Shown: positions 1 to 8,705 of the stretch, piece by piece
How the letters are laid out: each line of letters begins with the position of its first letter
How positions within the stretch are numbered: the stretch's first letter is position 1
NCBI GenBank assembly: GCA_025201805.1
Contig: MU619275.1
Span: 36,700 to 100,699 of the forward strand
Reading direction: 5' to 3'
Source of the DNA: Parasitella parasitica NRRL 2501
Taxonomy: Eukaryota; Fungi; Mucoromycota
DNA length: 64,000 bases
Notes under the pieces: model-generated
What the model saw: the letters and a program-made list of their open reading frames with translations, nothing else
Database searches by the model: none
Told to the model about the DNA's origin: nothing
Translations under genes and position numbers: made by a program

Positions 1-924
1 CCAAGACATGCAACTGGGATCGGTTCAATCAAGCATTGCGATATATATTTCGGAATTTTCAGACGATTAAAGACTACTACACAACTGGATTAAAAAAACT
101 CAAATACCACAGCTATAGGAATAAGCAAAAGGCATTGACCGAAATGTGCAAGCGTTTGTTTACAGGTAGCAGAAAATATCAAGAAGACAATCCTGATATA
201 CAGCAAGCAAATCAACAAAAGTGGAAACCGCTAGCCCCTAGAGACAATGCTGGTGAGGCTGAAAGACCTACAGTGGTGGCGTTTGGCTCTGCTCTGTTCG
301 GTGGACTTCGTGGGAATGTACCCTCTCCAACAAAAGTGTTCAGAAAAGCCTTGCTAAATTACGTCAAGTCGATCAGACGGAACCGACCAAATTCAAGAAA
401 GTACGTGGTTATGATTGACGAGTACCTGACAAGTCAAATATGCCCCAGATGCCACCTACGAAGTACTACTAACGAACGAGACTATGCCAATTTTAAGATC
501 CATCCAGTCTCAGCTGCAACACCTGTCACACTCGATGGAACAGAGATCATATGGCAAGTCTCAATATGCGCTCAATCTTCTTGCATATGGCTGCCAACAA
601 CAACAACCGGCCGGGAGAGTTTCAGCGAGGTATGCTATCATGATATTAATATGGATTTGATTATTTCATAGACTAATATCACTATTATCGTTTGCACACA
701 AATAGCTTAAGCAATACTATGTCTTGCATAACAGCAAGACACCCCTTATTTATGGGTAAGTTAGCCTATTGAAAAAAAAAAGTTTGATTGGTCCAAAAAC
801 TAATATGTCCCCTTCTACTTATTGCTGTCCCATTACTGGTGTCTCACTTTCATTGCGACGTCCAAATTCAATTTTAAAATGACCCAAATTTTTTCTTACT
901 GGCCCAACCTAGTTTCGTCGACTG
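1..924 (+). mobile_element. Right arm of a Fanzor-carrying Tc1/mariner-type DNA transposon
   Basis: Ends ...AGTTTCGTCGACTG|TA (reverse complement CAGTCGACGAAACT, a CAGT start flanked by TA at 925-926). The left end is outside the window, so the TIR pair cannot be confirmed. Confidence 0.65.
3..710 (+). pseudogene. Fanzor (TnpB-like RNA-guided endonuclease), C-terminal half; begins upstream of the window; frameshifted
   Basis: Frame is open from base 3: KTCNWDRF...RNKQKALTEMCKRL...VVAFGSALF...VVMIDEYLTSQICPRC (RuvC-II Glu plus first CxxC). After a -1 shift at ~509 it reads LSCNTCHTRWNRDHMASLNMRSIFLHMAANNNNRPGEFQR (second CxxC, RuvC-III Asp at 545-547). Probable last intron 630-705 and TAA at 708-710. 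Confidence 0.9.
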
Positions 925-945
925 TATACTCAGTGTACTAAAATA
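711..945 (+). ncRNA. Candidate Fanzor omegaRNA region (scaffold plus possible guide)
   Basis: Lies directly 3' of the Fanzor ORF. Perfect 8-bp stem TGTCTTGC-ataaca-GCAAGACA (720-741) and a small ACCC/GGGT stem (741-757). Boundaries are inferred from where Fanzor omegaRNAs normally lie. Confidence 0.4.
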
Positions 946-989
946 AATAAAAAATTCATCTTTATTATTTAAAAAGACTGATGCTTTGC

Positions 990-1945
990 CTTATTCTACC
1001 CTCGCAATCTTCTCTGGTCATTTCTATACTGCAATCTCCAATATGCTGCAAAAACTCATTGCTGCCCAAGCCTGACGTTTTTCTTGTCAAAGTTTTGAGC
1101 TTTTTGAGAAGCTTTCTTCGATTGGGTTCAAAAAAGGCGAATATGGAGGCAAGAAGTGTATTTTATGCCTTTTAATCTAGATAACTTCACGGGAAGTATG
1201 GATTCCAGCATTATCCATAATGAAACAATGCGGCGCAGCGTTACTATCATCGAGTCTTTTGATCGATGGTTTCAGAAAGTCGATAAAATTGCTAAACTCG
1301 TGCCTCTCCTTTTACATATTTAGTGGAAACGTCTTCAACATTTTTGTTCGATATTGCCGAGATGATGGTAACGTTCAGCGCTCTCTTCATCTTGGTAGTT
1401 GTCGTACCGTTTTCGTCTTTAAGGGGCCATTTTTGCTGTCGGGTCAGGTTTACGCTAAAGCCTGATTCATCTACAAAGGCACAATTAGTTTTGTACGATA
1501 CCCCAGGGTCTTGCAAGGATTCGACAAAAGTCTTTCTTGAGGCAATGGTAGCCGTTATTTTTTCTTTTTTTTTTTTTCAATGGGCTTTAATCTTTTTAAC
1601 GTAAATCCGATGTGTTTTATGATACGGAGAAAAAAGTCTGATAAAGAGATGCCTTTCTCACGGATATCATCAAACTTCTCATACAACTTGTCCCGCACCA
1701 TTCCAAGAGTTAGAGCACAGTTTTTATTCAAAAGTATAATCTGATATTCTAAATGAACTTCGTTAAGTTTGCTGGCTTCAGTCTTTCTGCCGCCTCTTGC
1801 CTTTGGCGCAACCTCATACGTGTTCACCCAGTAATCCCTGATGCTATCAATTGTTGAACTTCAAGCCAAATAGTCTAGCAGCTGTGGTGACGCTTATATC
1901 TCCTTCCCTGATTGTCAAATCAATTATTTTCTCGTAAATCTCTAA
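990..1945 (-). pseudogene. Tc1/mariner (IS630-like) DDE transposase, degraded
   Basis: Fragments across several frames: HTH region (IIDLTIREGDISVTTAARLFG; APKARGGRK), IGFTLKRLK, FVDESGF (D1), IMDNAGIH (D2), FLPPYSPFLNPIEESFSK (E). Multiple stops and frameshifts. Confidence 0.9.
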
Positions 1946-2100
1946 ATATTTTTTTTGTTTTTTTTGTTCATTATTCTCCAGTAGTCTTGTTGTTGGCAGC
2001 AGTGCTGTTTTGTCTATTTGACTTCATGTTAAGTTTGTTAGAAATGTTTTAGAAGGTTGGTAGTTTGATAATTATTATAACTTAATAAACTTAAAGAAAA

Positions 2101-3505
2101 CTAGCTGACCTGCTCGCTTCGCTCACGACGGCCATCGTCGCCCTACTGGGAGCTCAGTCATTTGATAAGTGCTAATCAGATATTCAATGCTCTTTTATTG
2201 TTGTTTATCTATAACTTAAAATATACTGTTAGACAGAAATAAAAATAGAGATGTAGTAAGGCACAATAGGAAAAAAAACATAAAAAGCAGTAGAGTTATT
2301 TAAATACCTCATGGAATACAATATTATCGGTGTATGATCCAGTATAGTTTTTGGTAGTTGAGGTATTTCTATGCAGAAGAATTTTGATCGAAGATAGCTG
2401 CTTAATGCGCGAGAAAGCAACATATAACTGGCCGTGTGAGAAAAAGACCAAGAAAGTCGAGTGACCTTGGGCCTTGATGGTCAAGGTGAATACAGGTCTA
2501 ACAGAAAATTAGCAATCAACTCAGGACAGCACAAAGAGAAAATCGGGGTTTGCACTGGTGCCTCCATTTTTCTCTATGCCCACATGCGTGCTTGACAATG
2601 GCGACAGATGCTGTTCCTTCCACCAAGATCATGGCGTTTGGTGAAAGAGGGTGTAATTCTTCTAGCCATGTTATGAGTATTGTTGTGTATTAATTTGGCA
2701 CCCAATCTACTGGTAGATCGCAAATGACTTTCTTGTCCACAGCTTGAACAAACACGTCTGCTGGTTGCTGCATCATTAACGCTGATTGTTTCTGTTTGCT
2801 GATCTACTTTCAAAGTTTCAGATTGAGATCCCAGTTTATACGAAGAGTTCGATTATGATTGTAAAGTGAAAACAAATTTGAGTCATACGATTAGCAATGT
2901 TGTTAGCGCAATAACGATAAGAAGATCGATGATGGCCTATGACACCACAGCTTCCGCAATTGTTAGTATTAGCACGGGTGTTATTGTGGCAAAGCCTGCT
3001 TGCAGAACGCGAATGGCCTTCTTGACCACAGCTTGAGCAGATTTTAATAGCTGGCACTCTGTGTTTGTAGTAATTAAAAGTGTCAACATATTTTTATTAA
3101 ATAATAAAACAGAGTGTGCAGCTTAAAAAGTCGCTTTTGCTGGTTAGACCATGTCCAATTTCGAAAGATTCAAGCTTTTTCGCCCGAATTTCGACACTAT
3201 TCACTTTGTCTAGAGGGTTTAATTTTAAATTAATGTACATGATCATCTATTTCATGTTTTGTTTCATACGCACATTTTGCTTATAATTTTCTGAAGTTTT
3301 AAAGTATTTTTAATCAGTTTCTGAAATTGAGGATGTGCTTGGCTCAATGCCAACTTCTCGAAATTTAACAAACTGGAATGGAGGTGAAAAAACCAACTAA
3401 AGCATTTGTTAACTCCATTTCTTCTTGGTTTAGAGCTTCAAGCGACTGTTTTTTTACGAAGCGTGTAAAAAAAGTTAGCAGACTCCATTTTTTTAATTAT
3501 ATAGA
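2101..3505 (-). mobile_element. Non-autonomous, internally deleted Helitron
   Basis: Minus strand starts TCTATATAATTAAAA (3505) and ends CGACG-atggc-CGTCG hairpin...GTCAGCTAG (2101). Inserted in an A|T site (2100/3506) with no TSD. Retains zinc knuckles, a Rep N-terminal HDLGGRNSICRHCQARMW remnant and a Pif1-helicase C-terminal FSHGQLYVAFSR remnant. Confidence 0.9.
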
Positions 3506-3599
3506 TATTTTTATTTGTTTTGGATAAGCATTTATATCAAATCTCTAAAATATAGCTGTGGTCATAGAAACGTAATCTACATTTGTTAGTATTAAATAT

Positions 3600-3878
3600 T
3601 GTTGTGAGGGCTCGGTTGCGGGATGTGATTTACCTGTACTTCCAAATACAATACGCTTATTCAGCTATCCGATTACTCCGATATGCAAGTAGCTATTACT
3701 AAAATACTACTTCTAGATGTATAGAAAATATATAATAGAAAAATTAACTTCAAGGGGATAAAGAACTGATATTTATTAATAATGAATAATTGGAATATTT
3801 ATATGTGATAACTGCTTGTTTGTTGGCGCTATACGCCTTGCTCGCATGACCCTATTATGGACATGCCCACTCACAGCA
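3600..3878. mobile_element. Probable solo LTR
   Basis: 279 bp with TG...CA ends, imperfect terminal inverted repeat TGTTGTGAG / CTCACAGCA (8 of 9), flanked by ATAT on both sides (3596-3599, 3879-3882). Confidence 0.55.
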
Positions 3879-4162
3879 ATATAAATGTCACTATTTTGAT
3901 ATCAAAATCCGGCGCAAACATTACAAATACCCAAATGTGACCAATAAAACATCATAATTTCAAGAATGGATACACATACTATGATTATTCAGCTCTGCTG
4001 CGAAATTGTTAGGGTTTAGCAATATCAACACAGATGAACTTCATCCAATGATTCACGTTATTAGTAATAATCCTCCCATGTAAAAAAATTTCTTGCTATA
4101 AATATCGCTAGGATCGAGCGCGCAAACTTCATTTCATTTCTTCTCTGTACTAAACTTGCATC

Positions 4163-4551
4163 ATGTCTTCTGCTGAAACTTACGAATTCCAAACACCCAA
4201 GAATCTCGAAGAATTCAATAAACTTATAGAGAAAAACGCTCTTGTAGTCGTTGATTTCCATGCTACCTGGTGTGGCCCTTGTAAAGTACTTGAACCCAAA
4301 TTGAAGAAATTAGCCGTGAAGTATACGAATATCGTCTTTGCTAAAGTTGATGTTGATGCCGTTGCTGTAAGTATTAGATAAGTCTACGGAGAGAGTTAAT
4401 ATTAATTTTTCAATAGGATGTTGCTGAGAAGTATCAAATTCGTGCTATGCCTACCATATTGTTCTTCGAAGATGGTGAAAAGTTTGGCGAAACAATCGGT
4501 GCCAATGATAACGTAATTGAGAGCAAGATCAAGGAACTTGTAAAGGAATAA
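4163..4551 (+). CDS. Thioredoxin (2 exons; intron 4367-4416)
   Basis: [14 protein letters not shown] active site; exon 2 [17 protein letters not shown]... Confidence 0.95.
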
Positions 4552-5066
4552 ACTATTCGTGTCTGTTGTGAATGGGTCATATATTCGTATAAATATTGGG
4601 TCCTTTTGTTTCACGTAGATGGACTTTTCCATCCTGTCTATATATTCAAACGATGTCGGCAAACGCCTCACATTGGTGTTTATTGTGTTTGTAAACAAAT
4701 GATGGCCTGAACGATGTGACACTGGAGTTTCTCCGATCTTCTTGCTTTAATGCTATCGAGATCGATCAGTGCAAGTTTTCATAAACTTCAGAGGATCATT
4801 GTTAATACCTGACAAGCTGGAGCTATAATATATAATAGCGGTCCTCATTACCTTGCATATTTTAATGTTGGGTTCTCACACAACGAACTCTTAAAAGTTG
4901 CTAGGTAACATCTACATACACGCTCTCCATATGATGATTGCTGTCATGGACAAGTAATCCAGCTATCTAGCACCAGATTAACTTTGTTTAAATGGGCCTG
5001 TCGGATATCACTCAATCTGGTGCAGAGCCATATGTGACTAATTGAAAAACTATCTTCATTTACAGT

Positions 5067-5628
5067 GCTACTATACAAGACACGGCAAAGTACTCTAACA
5101 TCAGGATTCTTCAGATAACAGAAACAGATCAACTGGAATTTTTATATTGTGTTTGCCACGAGGTTTATGTTATTGAGAAAGGCTATTTATCAAACTTTGT
5201 AACTGATGAGTATGGTGTGTGCTTCTAACCCCCACCGAGCATTATTTAATAACCTCTATCTATACATTCCATAGAGACGACGTCCAGGCAAAGCATTGGG
5301 CTGCTGTGCCAAACAAGCTTAATAAAGATGGGCCCACTTTGGCTAATCATTCAATTGGAACTGTTCGTTTAGTCCGCATTTCAGATATTGTGGCTAGGTC
5401 GGGTCGAGTGCAGCTCTATCAAATGCTCGTGGGGTTGGCATAGGCCCAAAATTGAACAAGGCGTTTCTTGAATACTGTAAATCGAAAGGGTTTCACACAA
5501 TTTACTTGAGGAGAGGCTTTTATGAGAAATTGGGCTTTGCCATAGAAATGGGAGACGATCAAGAGTTTGAAGAAGACGGTTCACTTTATATTCGCCTCTG
5601 GATGCCTAATATAAAGCAACATATTTAA
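5067..5628 (+). pseudogene. GNAT-family acetyltransferase (ElaA/YjcF-like), frameshifted
   Basis: Reconstructed IRILQITETDQLE...HEVYVIEKGY..TDE|DDVQAKHW...IGTVRLV...GRV / shift ~5410 / AALSNARGVGIGPKLNKAFLEYCKSKG..IYLRRGFYEKLGF...FEEDG. Contains the acetyl-CoA binding RGxGIG motif and FYEKLGF. Confidence 0.75.
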
Positions 5629-5744
5629 ATCTTAGACTGACTCAATACTATTATTTTCTACTTCATGAATTTATATACCTGGCTTAAAGAATTTATAGCT
5701 GTACATTAAAAAGCCATGTTGTTATAGTGTAATTTTCTCCATCA

Positions 5745-5813
5745 AAAAAGGCATTATCATGGCTGCCTGAGCATAGCTTGGCGTCCACTGAGCGATGTGT
5801 CTATCAAAATTTA
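5745..5813 (+). repeat. Dispersed repeat relic, copy A (matches 38027-38095)
   Basis: Ungapped manual alignment about 49/69 identical, including ATGTGTCTATCAAAA. Confidence 0.55.
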
Positions 5814-7133
5814 AGTGCAAAAACAATTTTTTTTTTAAAAAAAAAAATTATTACTTCTGCTAAAAGAACCGTAAATTATAGCGTCTATTTCCATCAAAGC
5901 TAAATCATTATCTTGTTGTGTTGCTAATAGCCGAGTTGACAAACAAGAAGCACTTGAAATCATATCGCAATATCGCACAACTTTAAGAAGTAACAGTCGA
6001 ATTACTAACGTTGGATAAATGAAGTCTTTGCTTTGTTCATTTTACAACATAATGACATTTACTCAGTAAACTTTACGATGTAAATTAAAACACGATTTAT
6101 GCTAGGAGTTATTGCCCATATAACAACCATACTTTTGTAATTTGTAAGTACGATGTCTTGGATCATAATTCATATGCCTTGCTAGTGCCACTGCTCGGTG
6201 TTGATAAAAGGCGAGCACTTTCTACTTGGAGTTTTGACCGTGAATGCACACTTGTCAGTAAATCCGCCATGAAATTTCATTTGTACGTGTTGAACGTTAA
6301 TACTTGCCACGGTGTACTTGCCGATGCACTGTGAATGGCGATATCTGTATGTTGAATGCATAGTACCGAAGTTTCGTGTAAAAGGGCAATCGTTATCAAT
6401 GGCCAAAATTATTTAACTGTGTTTTTTGTTCAAAGCGCTTTTCCCTGCAACTGTAATTCTCCAAAGTCCACTAAACGACAGAGGCCTAGCCAATACAGTT
6501 TGCCGACAGGGTATGGCAGCAGCTCTAACACAATACATTTCATTGGCAACATAGACTTGCGTACTTGCTAATGTATGATCGACATTTTCAGACAAGCTTT
6601 TCCAGAATCAGCTACCCAAAGAGCATGGTTTAGTTGAATAGCCTCTGCAAATATTGCTCGAATACAAGTATTCAAACAAATCCGCAGAACGATATAAATG
6701 CATTCAGAAAGTGTCAGGGCGCAAAAGACCAAGAGACCTTCAAATCCTACCAAACAAAATGCATACGTTGTTTAATAGATGGGCTTTATGAAATACAGGG
6801 AAAACTAGACCCCACCCTCCAAATACCCAGCCAATGTCAGTCTGAAATCTATTGCAACAAGAACCCTGCATGTAACGTGACAAAAAGTACCCAAAACCCC
6901 CCCCCCCTTACTAGTCATAGAATTATACTAGGAGCGAAAATGCCAAAGAGAAAGGGCACAGTAAGAACTTGCTAAAATAGGCGAGGAAACAATCTAAGGT
7001 GTTAAACAGCCAGACAGCGGCCTTTCACACTCCAAATCACCCCAAAATGAAGATTATTGATGTTGAAACTGGATAATTGGTATCGTATATACATGAATGC
7101 ATTGAAACTTTTAAGAGTCATGATCGATACATT

Positions 7134-7554
7134 CTATTTATTATTGTATTTGATCTTATTATCCAGAATTCGACGTTGATTGACATTAATGGGCAAATTT
7201 GTATTAGGGGCTGGAAGACGGTTCTCTGACCGTACAACAGAACCTATGGCTATGTTGGCATTTTAGCATTAGAGTCTACATCACAAGCAGCGAGCAATAT
7301 CTTACCCATAAAGAATCCAAACGAAGCAGCAGATCCAATCATATACTGGCTCAACATGCTAATAGGACTTTTATTGCCTGCGCCAAATCTATAGAACAAG
7401 GAATCAGGTCAACAGTGTGAAGCATGATGGAAGCAAAACTTCCATTTATGTACCTCATGAGACTGATACCGCCGAATACAAAGCCAATACATAGACCAAC
7501 CGTGCCGCCCATTGCAGCTCCCATTTTCATTTTTTCAAAACTTGAAGGCTCCAT
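7134..7554 (-). CDS. MGR2: Mgr2/Romo1 family TIM23-complex subunit (3 exons)
   Basis: MEPSSFEKMKMGAAMGGTVGLCIGFVFGG...SAASFGFFMAIGSVVRS; introns about 7389-7453 and 7250-7305. Confidence 0.9.
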
Positions 7555-8705
7555 ATTTGTATACGTTTAATTGCCAGCAGGGGGTGGTTCAAAGGATAAA
7601 AAGAAATGCGACAAGCGCATGAGAACACAAACGGGAAATGTGGTTGTCAAAAGTCACGCGTTGAGCTGCATCATGTTGCAGGCAAGTTCTCCATTAAAAA
7701 GCACATTTGACAAGGCCATTGAAAATCGCAGAATTAGCAATTAGCCCTTTGAAATGAGCATTCAAACGAGAGGCATGAGTGTATTATGATCAACATATGC
7801 GACCCCAGTTTAGTATATTTATGCGTGTGATACCATGTTGGTATAGCATACACTTCACCTTGATATGATAATTACACAAAGAGAATTGCATTCGTAGAGG
7901 TAAGAGCTGCAGTGTCTACACCTACAATGGCTATCCGCAATATAAATGACTTGGTCCGGTCGTCACCATGTGATTTTATATCGAGGCAATTACACCACCA
8001 GTTCAAATCATGATAGGTACTATGAACGCACATCGGTTGCCCGAGACAACTGTAGTAGCTACCCTAAAGCTGTTGTTTCTCTCTACTTTGAAATCCAGAA
8101 AAAGTCTTGAATTTTTGGCTGTTTTTGTATACCCTGGTCCAAAAGTGATGGATACTGTATTGAGGATTGCGTTTTCATCTCAAAAATGATGATAAATCAC
8201 ATAGTGATACATACTAGATCAACCAGATAAAAGGCAAAAATTTAAAAGGGTGCTATGGGAGCATTGGCCTTGGGTCGAGAACCGTTCAGTAGTGCAAATC
8301 TTTTTGCATTTTGAGATTTTTTTAATGAGATTTTATGGAGAAGCTATGCGACACATATACGGATCAGACGATGCAAATTACCACGTTGGGAGGTGCGCAT
8401 AATAGTGCTTAGTGTTTGAATGCTGCGATTTATTCTTCAATCAGCATAAAGTACCCAGATATGGCTCGAAAATCATGTTTTGTTGAGCATGCAGTAGTGG
8501 TACAGTCAGCTTCCAACCAAGACAGATACATAATAGCCAAGGTAGATATATTTTTTGATAGACTTTGTTGGTCTCACAAATGCAAATTCGTTTCAAGTCC
8601 GTAGACCCATATTGCCTTAAAGACATACGTGTACAAACCGAGTTTTTTTTTTTTTTTTTTTCTGCATTTTTCTTTTAAATACAGTTCGGCATTTACTCGA
8701 TTACC

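Noticed and set aside
501-520. Programmed -1 frameshifting as the explanation for the Fanzor frame change
   Set aside because: No slippery heptamer at the site; a 1-nt deletion or assembly error is simpler.
6100-6975. Cluster of short Cys-containing ORFs on both strands
   Set aside because: No coherent spliced gene or recognisable motif could be assembled.
8128-8156. TATACCCTGGTCCAAAAGTGATGGATAC, resembling a Tc1-type TIR start
   Set aside because: No inverted partner or transposase remnant was found nearby.
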